A DNA stretch of 64,000 nt from an uncultured Chloroflexia bacterium (GTDB taxonomy: Bacteria; Chloroflexota; Limnocylindria; Limnocylindrales; CSP1-4), in contig CAWFXA010000002.1 of NCBI GenBank assembly GCA_963819655.1, positions 192,001-256,000 of the forward strand. Direction: 5' to 3'. How positions within the stretch are numbered: the stretch's first letter is position 1; the number at the start of each line of letters is the position of its first letter. Below the pieces are notes generated by a model that worked only from the letters and a program-made list of their open reading frames with translations, was not told the origin of the DNA and ran no database searches. The position numbers were made by a program, and so were the translations under genes. Below are positions 10,311-20,334 of this stretch, piece after piece.

Positions 10311-11179
10311 CCGCCGGCGTCCAGCGTCTGGAGCTTCGCGCGCCGCCACGTCTCGGTGACCTCGACGGCGTTGAACAGGTAGAGGTGGAACCCCGAGATG
10401 TTGGCGGATGGGTCGACGATGCTCGGGGCGATCCCCTCGAGGAGTGCGTCCGGACGGTAGAAGCCGCCGGACCGGACGAGCCGTGCCACGAACCGGACGT
10501 TCTTGGCCAGGAACCGGTGGGTGTCGGCCACGCCGATCCGTGCCGCCAGCGCCAGCAGCTTCTGCGGTTCGGCCACGCCAGGCACGCCGACGTGGACGGG
10601 CAGCGTCAGGCCTTCGGCGCGACGAGCGCCGATCCAGGTCGAGATGGCTACCGGGTCGAAGCAGAGCTGCGTCGTCATGTACTGGGCGAACTCCGCCTTG
10701 GCGCGTAGCGCATCGAGCAATGGGCCGTCCGGGATGAACGCGTGGCCCTGCGGATAGGCCGGGATGCCGACGTGGCGGAACGGATGGCCGATCTCCGCCA
10801 ATCCGCGCAGTAGCGCCAGACCGTCCACGTACGCACCCGGCTCCTTCTCGTCGCCACCGACCACGAACGCGCGGTCGATGCCGGCATCGTCGAGGGCCCC
10901 GACCAGGTCGACCAGGTGCTCCCGATCGCGCACCATCCGCGCCGACAGATGAGGTGTGACGGTGAACCCGGCGAGCTCCAGCCGGCTGGCCAGGTCCACC
11001 GTCGCCTCGAGACCCTTCGTCGGAGATGCCGTCACCGACACCGTCGATCCGGGTGGCAGGTGCGCCGCCTGGTCCATCGCACTCTTGAGCGGGATCAGCT
11101 CGAAGGTCGGCGAGCGCAGGAGGTCGGCGAGCGCCGTCCGCGAGGCGGCCGTCAGCTGGGCGTGGCGGCGGAAAAGCAC
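10307..11179 (-). CDS. metF: Methylenetetrahydrofolate reductase-like flavoprotein
   Basis: TPHLSAR, FVVGGD, AYPQGH, TTQLCFD, GFHLYLFN. Confidence 0.8.
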   Translation of the reverse strand: MLFRRHAQLTAASRTALADLLRSPTFELIPLKSAMDQAAHLPPGSTVSVTASPTKGLEATVDLASRLELAGFTVTPHLSARMVRDREHLVDLVGALDDAGIDRAFVVGGDEKEPGAYVDGLALLRGLAEIGHPFRHVGIPAYPQGHAFIPDGPLLDALRAKAEFAQYMTTQLCFDPVAISTWIGARRAEGLTLPVHVGVPGVAEPQKLLALAARIGVADTHRFLAKNVRFVARLVRSGGFYRPDALLEGIAPSIVDPSANISGFHLYLFNAVEVTETWRRAKLQTLDAGG

Positions 11180-11182
11180 GCC

Positions 11183-12725
11183 TCAGACTTCCGAGTCGGG
11201 CATCGACGCCTTGCGGCGGATCATGAATTCGAGAAGGGCCTGGTCGGTGGCCTGGTCGAGCGGCGGCGCTTCGTACTCGGCAAGCATCCGCTTCCAGATC
11301 GCATTCGCCCGCTGCGGGGCGTCGAGTCCGCCGTCCTCGCTCCACTGCTCGAACGAGTTGTTGTCCGCGACTTCGGAGCGATAGAACGCCGTCTCGAAGT
11401 TGGCCAGCGTGTGGGCGGTGCCCAGGAAGTGCTGGCCGGGCTCGTTGGCGCGGATCGCGTCGAGTGCCTGGCCGTTCTCGGACATGTCGACACCCTTCAC
11501 GAACACGGCCATCATCCCGCACTGGTCGGCGTCCATGATGAGCTTCTCGTAGCTCACAGCGAGGCCGCCCTCGAGCCAGCCGGCCGCATGCAGCACGAAG
11601 TTGACGCCGCCGAGGACCGTCGGCTGCAGCGTCGCGGCACTCTCGTAGGCGGCCTGGGCGTCGGGGATCTTGGAGGCGCACAGCGACCCTCCCGAGCGGA
11701 ACGGCACGCCCAGCCTGCGGGCGAGCGACGCCATGACGTAGAGGACCAGCGCTGGCTCCGGCGTGCCGAACGTCGGCGCGCCCGACTGCATCGACATCGA
11801 GCTCGCGAAGCTGCCGAGCACGACCGGTGCGCCGGGGCGCACGAGTTGCACGAACGTCATCCCGGCCAGCGCTTCGGCGAGGGTCTGGGCGGCAACGCCC
11901 GCCGCCGTCACCGGGGCCATCGCCCCGGCCAGGATGAACGGCGTCAGCAAAGTCGCCTGGTTCGCCTCGGCGTAGGCGCGGGCGGCACCCAGCATCGTCG
12001 CGTCCCACACCAGCGGCGAGTTGGCGTTGATCAGGCTGAGGACGACCGGATGGTCTTCGAGGTAGTCCGCACCGAACAGGATCCGTGCCATCTCGACGGT
12101 GTCGCGCGCCCGTTCCGGCGCCGTGACCGAGCCCATGAACGGCTTGTCCGAGAAGCGCATGTGCGCATAGACCATGTCGAGGTGGCGCTTGTTGACTGGC
12201 ACGTCGACCGGCTCGCACACGGTCCCGCCGCTGTGGTGGAGGTGCGGTGAGAGATACGTCAGCTTCACGAGGTTGCGGAAGTCCTCGATCGTGCCGTAGC
12301 GCCGGCCCCTGTCGAGGTCGCGCACGAACGGCGATCCGTAGTTCGGCGCGAAGACCGTGTGCATGCCGCCGATCTCGACGTTGTTCGCGTCGTTCCGCGC
12401 GTATTGCGTGAACTGGCGCGGCGCACTGGCCTGGACGATCTGGCGGCACATCCCTCGCGGGAAGCGGACGCGCTCGCCCTCGACGTCGGCACCGGCCTCG
12501 CGCAACAGCCGGAGCGCTTCCTGATCGCCGCGGAACTCGATGCCGACCTCCTCGAGGATCGTGTCGGCGTTGTGCTCGAGGAGCGACAACCCTTCCTCGT
12601 TCAGGACCTCGAATGGGGCCAGGGTCCTGCGTCAGGAATGGCATGCGCTCGACCTGATGGCTCAGGCGCGCTGCGCGCCGGCCCTCGCGACCCCCGCTCC
12701 GCCTGGTCGGGGCGTTGTCTGTCAT
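11183..12725 (-). CDS. MttB-superfamily (non-pyrrolysine, MtgB-like) methyltransferase; one frameshift near 12630
   Basis: ILEEVGIEF, GGTVCEPVD, INANSPL, SKIPDAQAAYE, HAAGWLEGGL; N-terminus MTDNAPTRRSGGR lies in another frame. Confidence 0.9.
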
Positions 12726-14792
12726 CGGTCCGGGCCCGGTGCGGTTCGCACGACGGGGCGGCGTCGGCGCCGCGCGTCGGCGGGCCGATCGGTGACGCGA
12801 TCGGCGGTCAACGGACGCGGCGGTAGGGTGACGACACGCTCGAGGTGCGGATTCGGGGCCGTGCGGTGCGGGATGGCCATGGCTTCGACGAAATGCTCCT
12901 GGAAGCGTGGCTCGACCGCCGTCTCGATCTTCTCGACGCGCCGCACGACACCCTCGATCTCGCGCCGCGCCGCACCCGACAGCAGGGCGATCAACGCGCC
13001 GGTCCCGGCGGCGTTGCCGGCCGCCCGCACATGATCCAGGTCGCAATCCGGGACGAGCCCCAGCACCATCGCGTGCAGCGGATCGATCTGGCTCCCAAAG
13101 GCGCCCGCCAGCCTGACCTCGTCGACGGTGTCCCGCCCGAGGTGATCCATGAGCAGCCGGACCCCGGCGTACAACGCGGCCTTTGCCAGCTGGATCGCCC
13201 GGACATCGTTCTGGGTCACCACGATGCGCGGCCCGCCGTCGGTCGGCTCGTGGAGGACGTAGCTGAAGGTGCGTCCGTCGGGCACGACGCGCGGTGTCCG
13301 CGCCGCGAGCGCACCGTCGATCACGCCGTCCGCGGTGATGACGCCGGCGAGGTACAGCTCGGCGACGACCTCGATGATCCCGGAGCCGCAGATGCCGGTG
13401 ACCCCCGTCCCGGCCGCGCTGACCGCCTCGGCGAAGCCCGGCGCGTCCGACCAGGCATCGACGCCGATGATCCGAAACCGCGGCTCCAGCGTGTCCCTGT
13501 CGATGCGGACCCGCTCGATGGCGCCCGGCGCGGCGCGCTGGCCGGAGCTGATCTGCGCGCCTTCGAACGCAGGGCCCGTCGGGCTGCTGGCGGCCAGCAG
13601 CCGGTGCCGGTCGCCCAGCACGATCTCCGCGTTCGTGCCGACATCGACGACGAGCGTCATCACGTCGGCCTTGTGCGGTTCCTCGGCGAGGATGACCCCG
13701 GCCGTGTCGGCGCCGACGTGCCCGGCGATGCACGGCAATACGTAGACCCGCGCGCCGGGATGCGCGAACACGCCGAGCTCCGCGGCCGTCGTCGAGACGG
13801 CGGTATCCGTGGCCAGCGCGAAGGGCGCCGAGCCGAGCGGGGTGGGGTCGATGCCGAGCAGCAGGTGATGCATGATCGGGTTCCCGACGATCGCGAGCTC
13901 GAGGATCTCGACGCGCTTGATATCGGCCTTGTTGGCGAGCGCAGCGAGCAATCCATCGAGCGCCTTGCGGACCGCGGCCGTCAGCTCGGCGTCGCCACCC
14001 TCGTGCATCATCACGTACGAGACGCGACTCATGAGGTCCTCACCGAACCGGATCTGCGGGTTCATCGCGCCGGCGCTGGCAAGGATGTCGCCGCTCACGA
14101 GGTTCACGAGGTGCCCGGCGATCGTTGTGGACCCGACGTCGATCGCCACGCCAAACGCCCGATCGTGGAAGCCCGGCCACACGGCGATGACGTCGCGACC
14201 GCCGTGGACCGCGACCGTCACCCTGTAGCCGCCCTCCGTGAGCGCGGCCTGCAACCCGCGAACCACCGACAGGTCGGCGCGCAGGTCGGTCAACTCCCAC
14301 TCCGCCTCGAGCGCCGCGAACAGGCGGCCGAGATCGCCGGTCGGCGTCGCCAGATCGGGCGGGGTGACATCGACCGTGTGGAGCCGCACCACGGGATCCA
14401 TCTCGAAGGCGCGCGCACCGAGGTCCTTGCGCACCACCTGCTTGTGGACCTGGCTCTCGGGCGGCACATCGATGACGGCGTCGCCGAGCAAGACGGCCGT
14501 ACACGACAGCCGCCGGTCCGCGGCCAGGCCCTGCTCATCGCGATAGGCCGACTCGAGCTGGCCTGGCGCGGCGAGGTGATCCGGGGCGGACGTGATGCCG
14601 TGCTTCGCGAATGTCCCGAACGCCGGTGTGACCGTGCATCGACCACAGATCCCGCGGCTGCCGCAGACGGCATCGATGTCGACCCCCAGGGACCGCGCAG
14701 CATCGAGCACGGTCGTTCCCGGCCGGCACGCGACCGCGCCGGCCCGACGGCGTGAAGATGACCTGCGGATCTGCTGCGGCGCCGGGGGCCAT
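12722..14792 (-). CDS. ATP-dependent corrinoid reductive activator (RamA/RACo, ASKHA) with N-terminal 2Fe-2S; frameshift near 14717
   Basis: CGSRGICGRC...RLSC, DVGSTT, DVGTNAE, GPAFEG, GICGSG, AGAFGS, GNAAGTG. Confidence 0.9.
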
Positions 14793-14803
14793 GGGCCCGC
14801 CGT

Positions 14804-15782
14804 TCAGCGAGGGGCCGGGACGTCGAGCCCCGGGACGTCGACGCCCGGCACGTCGGCCGAGACGGCCGGGCCGGTGCCCTGCGAGCGCCGCGCCGCGACG
14901 ACGGTTGACGCGGCGACCTCCCGACTCACCTTCAGGCGGGGCAACGCGGAACTGCCGGATCCAGCGCGTGGCGTCCTGGTCGTTGCCCATGAGCACGTCG
15001 CTTGCCATGACCGCGTGACGGACGCCTTCAGCGATCGGATTGGTGATCGCCGAGGTCAGGCCCGAGGCGATGGCCATGCTGAGGAAAGCCCCGTTGATGC
15101 CCTCGCGGTTCGGCAGGCCGAAGCTGACGTTCGAGGCGCCGCAGGTCGAGTTGACCTTCAGCTCGTCGCGCAATCTGCCGAGGATGTGGAAGACCTGGCG
15201 GCCGGCACCGGCGAGGGCGCCGATGGGCATCAGCAGCGGGTCGACGACGATGTCCTCGCGCGGGATGCCGTGGTCGGCGGCGCGCTCGACGATCCGCTTG
15301 GCCACACTGAACCGGACGTCCGGATCCATGCTGATGCCGGTCTCGTCGTTGCTGATCGCGACGACTGCGCAGCCGTACTTCTTCACGAGCGGCAGGACGC
15401 GCTCGAGGCGTTCGTCCTCGCCGGTGACGCTGTTGAGCAGGGCCTTGCCCTGGTAGACGGCGAGGCCCGCCTCGAGGGCCTCGACGATCGACGAATCGAT
15501 CGACAGCGGGAGGTCGGTCAGTGACTGGACGAGCTTGATCGTGTCAGCCAGGATCGCCGGCTCGTCCGCCAGCGGGATGCCCGCATTGACGTCGAGCATG
15601 TGTGCGCCGGCCTCGACCTGGGCGATCGTGTCCCGCTCGACGCGTGAGAAGTCGCCGGCCTTCATCTCCTCCATGAGGACCTTGCGACCGGTCGGGTTGA
15701 TGCGCTCGCCGATGATCACGAACGGCTGGTCGTCGCCGATGACGACGGTGCGGGTCGCGGAGCTGACGACGGTGCGGGTCAT
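14804..15782 (-). CDS. Pterin-binding methyltetrahydrofolate:corrinoid methyltransferase (MeTr/AcsE-like); probable frameshift near 14880
   Basis: IGERINPTGRK, LDVNAG, LSIDSS, GASNVSFGLP. Confidence 0.88.
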
Positions 15783-16117
15783 GCGTCGGGCTTGCCCTGG
15801 GTCTCGTCGTGGGCGGGCGGCAACGGCTCCGAGCCGTCCACGCCGCCGGACTGGATGAGCATCGCCAGGCGGTGCTTGTCGTAGTCGGCCTCGAGCCGCT
15901 CGGCCTCGGCCGCGACCTCCTGGTCGATGTCGTCGCCGCAGCGCCGCTGTGTCCGGCGCCACTCCTCGATGTAGTCGTTGTAGGCGCGCTTGCCGGCCCG
16001 GCTGGCGGCCTTGTCGATGGCGACCTGGAACCGTGGATGGAGGACGATCTTGCTCTGCCGGCGGCCCTCCCGCGCGGTGACCTGTGCGGGGATGTCTCGC
16101 CACCAGATGACAGTCAT
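15779..16117 (-). CDS. 'Virulence factor'-domain small protein
   Basis: IWWRDIPAQV...RFQVAIDKAA...YIEEWRR motif. Confidence 0.7.
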   Translation of the reverse strand: MTVIWWRDIPAQVTAREGRRQSKIVLHPRFQVAIDKAASRAGKRAYNDYIEEWRRTQRRCGDDIDQEVAAEAERLEADYDKHRLAMLIQSGGVDGSEPLPPAHDETQGKPDA

Positions 16118-16130
16118 GGTCCCCAACGTC

Positions 16131-16772
16131 TCAGCGCCCTGCCAGCTCGATGACCGACGCCACGGCAGGTGCCGGCCGACCTGCAGCCACGGCCGCGATC
16201 GTCGTTCCGAGCTGGCCGTAGCCGGTCCGCCGCTGCTCGTATTCGAGGCCGAGCCGCCGGGCGGCGCGGCGCGCGGCGGTCGCCAGCGCCGGGTCGTCGG
16301 TCTGCGCGAGGTAGACGAGACGGCGGTAGTTGCCGAAGTACTCATCGCGCAGCTCCGGATGTCGATCCAGGCCAAGGCCCTTGATCACGAGCCGGTCGAA
16401 GTTGCGCGCCAGGAAGTCGGTGAGGAAGAACGTGGCAGGCTCGTCCTCCACGATCCGGGCGAATTCAGGGCTCGTCGCGTAGAACTCGTAGCAATGGGCG
16501 CCGGCCAGGCGCTCGACACCCTCCTCCGCGATGACCGGGTCGAGCAGGCCGCCGGTGCCGCAGTCGGCGTACGCGACGAACACGCGGTCATACCCGGCGC
16601 GACGCCGGCGGATGCGCTCGCGGACGGCCGCCGGGATGCCGCCGGGCCGGTTATGGAGGGTGGCCGGCAGGCAGGTGATGTCGACGTTCGGGAGGTCGCG
16701 CGTCAGTGCGACGAGCTCGTTGGCGAGCGCCCCGCAGCCGACCACGAGGACCCGCGGCGGCGTGGCGGTCAG
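16131..16772 (-). CDS. DUF1638-family protein; possible CTG start
   Basis: GCGALA, LPATLHNRP, YADCGTGG, GAHCYEFY, FFLTDFL, YFGNYRRLVYLAQ. Confidence 0.8.
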   Translation of the reverse strand: MTATPPRVLVVGCGALANELVALTRDLPNVDITCLPATLHNRPGGIPAAVRERIRRRRAGYDRVFVAYADCGTGGLLDPVIAEEGVERLAGAHCYEFYATSPEFARIVEDEPATFFLTDFLARNFDRLVIKGLGLDRHPELRDEYFGNYRRLVYLAQTDDPALATAARRAARRLGLEYEQRRTGYGQLGTTIAAVAAGRPAPAVASVIELAGR

Positions 16773-17482
16773 GCCGGGACGCTGGCACGTGAACGCGCAC
16801 GTCGCTCGTCGATGAGACGCCGCGCGGTCTCGGCGGCCACGCCGGCGTCGCGGCAATAGGCGTCGGCGCCGACCGCCATGCCGAACTCCTCGTTCAGCGG
16901 CGCGCCACCGACCAGCACGATGTAGTCGTCGCGCATGCCGCGGTCCTTGAGCGTCTGGACCACGACCTTCATGTACGGCATGGTCGTCGTCAGCAGGGCG
17001 CTCATGCCCAGGATGTCGGGCTTGTGCTGCTCGAGCGCGTTGAGGAACTTGTCGGCGTCGGTGTTGATGCCGAGATCGACGACCTCGAAGCCGGCACCCT
17101 CGAGCATCATCCCGACGAGGTTCTTGCCGATGTCGTGGATGTCGCCCTTGACGGTGCCGATCACGACCTTGCCGACGGGCTCCGCGCCCGTCTCCGCGAG
17201 CAGCGGCCGGAGGATCTCCATGCCGGCCTTCATCGCGTTGGCGGCCAGCAGTACCTCGGGCACGAACAGGATGCCGTCGCGAAAGTCGATGCCGACGATC
17301 TTCATGCCGGCGACGAGTGCGTCGTCGAGCACCTTCGTGGCCGAGAAACCGCGCTCGAGGAGGATGTTCGTCCCCTGGACGATCTCCTCTTTCATGCCGT
17401 CGTAGAGGTCGTTGTGCATCTGCTCGACCAGCTCGTCATCCGACAGGGCGGTGAGGTCGATGTCCTGATAGTCGTCGGTCAT
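16769..17482 (-). CDS. Stand-alone corrinoid (B12-binding) protein, MttC/MtgC-like
   Basis: Cap domain FVPEVLLAANAM; GTVKGDIHDIGKN; MSALLTTTM; VGGAP. Confidence 0.92.
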   Translation of the reverse strand: MTDDYQDIDLTALSDDELVEQMHNDLYDGMKEEIVQGTNILLERGFSATKVLDDALVAGMKIVGIDFRDGILFVPEVLLAANAMKAGMEILRPLLAETGAEPVGKVVIGTVKGDIHDIGKNLVGMMLEGAGFEVVDLGINTDADKFLNALEQHKPDILGMSALLTTTMPYMKVVVQTLKDRGMRDDYIVLVGGAPLNEEFGMAVGADAYCRDAGVAAETARRLIDERRARSRASVPA

Positions 17483-17530
17483 GGGTGGAGCTCCAGGGAT
17501 CCCGCGTGGGAGAGGGACCGGCCGCGGGGG

Positions 17531-17565
17531 GTTCCACATCGTGGAACCGTGCCGTATCATGGAAC
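17531..17565. promoter_or_regulatory. Tandem IclR-type operator sites
   Basis: Perfect palindrome GTTCCAC-ATC-GTGGAAC (17531-17547) plus degenerate copy GTGCCGTATCATGGAAC (17549-17565) containing a TATCAT -10 box. Confidence 0.7.
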
Positions 17566-17598
17566 CCGCGACCGCGAATCTAGCCGACAAGGGGTCCC

Positions 17599-18351
17599 GT
17601 GTCCAGCGTCCAATCCATCAGACGAGCCTTCGCGGTCCTCGACGCACTCGACGAGGGTCCGCTCGGCGTGACCGACGTGGCCGATCGGGCCGCCCTGCCG
17701 AAGTCGACGGCGGCGCGCTTGCTCGCCACGCTCGTCGGCGAGGGTGCGGTCGAGCAGGTGCCCGGCGAGACGTCGTACCGGCTCGGACCGCGGCTCGTGA
17801 CGCTCGCCGGCGGCTTCAGCCTGGTCCGTTCGCTGGCGGCGGTGGGCAGGCCCATCCTGGCCGATCTCGCGTCTGCCTCCGGCGAAGCGGCAGGACTCGG
17901 TGTCCCGGATGGCGACCTGGTCCACTACATCGACCAGGTCGACACGCCCAACCCGGTCGTGGTCCGCGACTGGACGGGCGCCCGGGCACCGCTCCACGCG
18001 GTCTCGTCAGGGCAGGTGCTGCTGGCGTTCCGCACGCCGGCCGCGATCGAGCGCTACCTCGCGCAGCCGACCCTCGAGCGATTCACGCCCCGCACGCTGG
18101 CCGACGCCGACGCCGTGCGCGACCGCTTGCGCGACATCCGGCGGCGCGGCTACGCGTGGGCGATCGAGGAGTTCGATGACGGGATCGCGTCGGTCGCCGC
18201 GCCCATCGCGGACGCCTCTGGCGAGGTCATCGCGGCCGTCCACCTCCACGGGCCGTCGTACCGATTCCCACCTGCGGGGCGGGAGGCGAAGCTTTCTCAG
18301 TCGGTCGTGACCGGCGCGGCCCGGATCGCGGCGGGGCTGCGGGAGCGCTGA
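17599..18351 (+). CDS. IclR-family transcriptional regulator
   Basis: VQSIRRAFAVL HTH, LPKSTAARLL, YRLGP, SSGQVLLA, GYAW..EE...GIASVAAPI. Confidence 0.93.
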   Translation: MSSVQSIRRAFAVLDALDEGPLGVTDVADRAALPKSTAARLLATLVGEGAVEQVPGETSYRLGPRLVTLAGGFSLVRSLAAVGRPILADLASASGEAAGLGVPDGDLVHYIDQVDTPNPVVVRDWTGARAPLHAVSSGQVLLAFRTPAAIERYLAQPTLERFTPRTLADADAVRDRLRDIRRRGYAWAIEEFDDGIASVAAPIADASGEVIAAVHLHGPSYRFPPAGREAKLSQSVVTGAARIAAGLRER

Positions 18352-18560
18352 TCCTCGAAGCCAGGGCTGACACCCCGGCGTGCGTGTCAGTCGCGTTTTC
18401 GCGCCGAGTTGACCACCGTGGGCGCGCGGGGGATCGAAACGCGTCTCACAGTCGCGCGATCGGGCCGAAACGCCCGGCGAGGTGATCCCCCGCGAAGAAA
18501 ACGTGCGTCAGAGTCGCGTCCGGTGTGTCGCGCGCCGCTCGAGTGGCTCGGCCGCGGCCC

Positions 18561-18881
18561 TCAGTCGGGCTTGGTCGCGGTCACCGGCTCGAGGTCGATC
18601 GTCCGGACCTGCCGGGTCTTGCCGGCCTCGGTGCGCACGACGGCCGACGGGATGACACCCTTCGACAGCTTCTCGATGACGGCAATCTCCCCGGAGTACA
18701 GGCCGGTCCCGGCGATGCGGACCCGTCCCCCGACGGAAAGTCCCGTGCGGCCCTTGCCCGCAGTCAGATCGATGGTGGCGACGGTGGGCCGAACATACGG
18801 CGCGTCATCCGGCAACCCTGTGGGCGGTGGTGGTCGATTGGCGGTCTTGGGCGGCGGGTACGTGACTTTCCGTCTAGCCAT
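18561..18881 (-). CDS. Small hypothetical protein with KOW-like motif
   Basis: GGRVRIAGTGLYSGEIAVIE; AGGAGA RBS. Confidence 0.65.
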   Translation of the reverse strand: MARRKVTYPPPKTANRPPPPTGLPDDAPYVRPTVATIDLTAGKGRTGLSVGGRVRIAGTGLYSGEIAVIEKLSKGVIPSAVVRTEAGKTRQVRTIDLEPVTATKPD

Positions 18882-18892
18882 CTGTTCTCCTG

Positions 18893-19264
18893 CTATAGGG
18901 GGTTGACGTTGGTCGAAGTTGCGTCCGCAGCTGCCGACTTTGCGCTGCGCTTGACCTTCGCCGCGGCGTCCTCGACGTTGGCCGCGACGTCGGCGGCTTC
19001 CTCGGCCGCTGCCGCCTGCACGTCATCGAGGGTCTCGGAAGTGTCGGACGCTTGCCCGGTTACCTGCTTCTGGACCTCCGCGACCTGCTCTTCGACCTTT
19101 GATCGGACGTCGCGCGTTCGCACCTCGAACTCGTCGCCGAGTTCGCCGAGCTTACGGTCGACTCGATAGCGGTCCCGGAACTCCGAGCCCGCACGCGACA
19201 TGTACCAGGCGGCCGCTGCGGTCGCCGCGGCGACGCCGGCGATAAACCCACTGATGAAGCCCAT
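18893..19264 (-). CDS. YtxH-like membrane-anchored coiled-coil protein
   Basis: GFISGFIAGVAA anchor then acidic helical region; GGAGG RBS. Confidence 0.65.
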   Translation of the reverse strand: MGFISGFIAGVAAATAAAAWYMSRAGSEFRDRYRVDRKLGELGDEFEVRTRDVRSKVEEQVAEVQKQVTGQASDTSETLDDVQAAAAEEAADVAANVEDAAAKVKRSAKSAAADATSTNVNPL

Positions 19265-19329
19265 CGGGTCACCTCCCACTCAGCGCGCTTTGGCACGCGT
19301 CGAACGCGAGTGTAGCGCCGACCGGTCGA

Positions 19330-20334
19330 TCAGCCGACTCCGCGGGCTCGCCGGATCTCGGCGCTGATGGCGGGCACGACGGCGTGGACGTCGCCGATCA
19401 CCGCGTAGCTCGCGCGTCGGAAGATGGGAGCGTCCGGGTCGGTGTTGATCACAAGGATCCGCTTGGCCGACTTCGCGCCGACGATGTGCTGGATCGCGCC
19501 GCTGATGCCGCAGGCAATGTACAGGTCCGGTGCGATGCGGGTCCCCGTCTGGCCGATCTGTTGGGCGTGCGGACGCCAGCCGAGGCTCGTCGCCACCCGC
19601 GACACGCCGACCGCGGCGCCGAGCAAGCCGGCCAGCTCGTCCAGCATCGCGAACGCCTCGGCGCTGCCGAGCCCACGACCACCGCCGATCACGACCTTGG
19701 CGTCCGCGAGCGAGACGCTGTCACCGGCGGTCACCTCGTGACCGACGACGCGCGCCCGCAGGTCGGCGTCGGTGATGGCCGGATCGACTCGAGCGACGGT
19801 CGAAGGTGCGGCCGACGTCGCCGGTTCGAGCGCCGGAACGGCGTGGGCGGCCACGGTCAGCAGGCGCGGCTCGCCGTCGAGGTACGCCTCTTCGAGCAGG
19901 CTTCCCGCCCAGCGCTGACGGGTCAGCCGCCAGCGGTCGCCCGGCTGGACCGAGACGACGTTGGCTGCCATGGGGACGTCCATCCGGGCCGCGACGTGCG
20001 CAAGGACCTCGGTGGCTCGCTCACTGCCGGACGCGACGATCGCCGCGAATGAGCCCGCCGTCGCGACCTGGGTGACGGCTGCGGCCCAGGCCGCAGGGGC
20101 GTAGGCGGCGAACCCCTCGCCGGCGACGAGATGGGCGGTCCTCACCCCGTACGCGCCCAGTGCTGGAGCAGCCGCGGCGGCGGCATCTTCCGCATCCGAA
20201 GCGCTCGCGATGACGACCGCGTGGACCTCGCCACCGATGGCCGTGGCGATGCCGCCGGCCACCCCGAGTGCCTCGGCGCTCAGCCGGTCGGGCACACCGC
20301 CGGCGAGCTCGACGAGGACGAGCGCAGCGCTCAC
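19330..20334 (-). CDS. etfA: Electron transfer flavoprotein alpha subunit
   Basis: GGGRGLG, QIGQTG, YIACGISGAIQH, INTDPDAPIF. Confidence 0.95.
   Translation of the reverse strand: MSAALVLVELAGGVPDRLSAEALGVAGGIATAIGGEVHAVVIASASDAEDAAAAAAPALGAYGVRTAHLVAGEGFAAYAPAAWAAAVTQVATAGSFAAIVASGSERATEVLAHVAARMDVPMAANVVSVQPGDRWRLTRQRWAGSLLEEAYLDGEPRLLTVAAHAVPALEPATSAAPSTVARVDPAITDADLRARVVGHEVTAGDSVSLADAKVVIGGGRGLGSAEAFAMLDELAGLLGAAVGVSRVATSLGWRPHAQQIGQTGTRIAPDLYIACGISGAIQHIVGAKSAKRILVINTDPDAPIFRRASYAVIGDVHAVVPAISAEIRRARGVG

Noticed and set aside
11183-12725. Pyrrolysine recoding in MttB
   Set aside because: No in-frame TAG and no pyl genes; the break is a frameshift
9873-13733. 1286-aa ORF suggesting a giant fusion
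   Set aside because: Arg/Pro-rich shadow frame; only the MttB N-terminus and the DinB gene inside it are real
14804-14880. GACGTCCCG-type short repeats
   Set aside because: They encode the low-complexity DVPG tail of the methyltransferase once the frame is repaired
12620-14890. Programmed frameshifting in mttB, ramA or the pterin methyltransferase
   Set aside because: No slippery heptamers; the same single-insertion pattern occurs in unrelated genes
15779-16117. Pathogenicity role for the 'virulence factor' domain
   Set aside because: Historical family name; the context is C1/corrinoid metabolism
17483-17598. Cobalamin riboswitch upstream of the corrinoid operon
   Set aside because: The 116-bp spacer is short, has no B12-box and is occupied by operator palindromes
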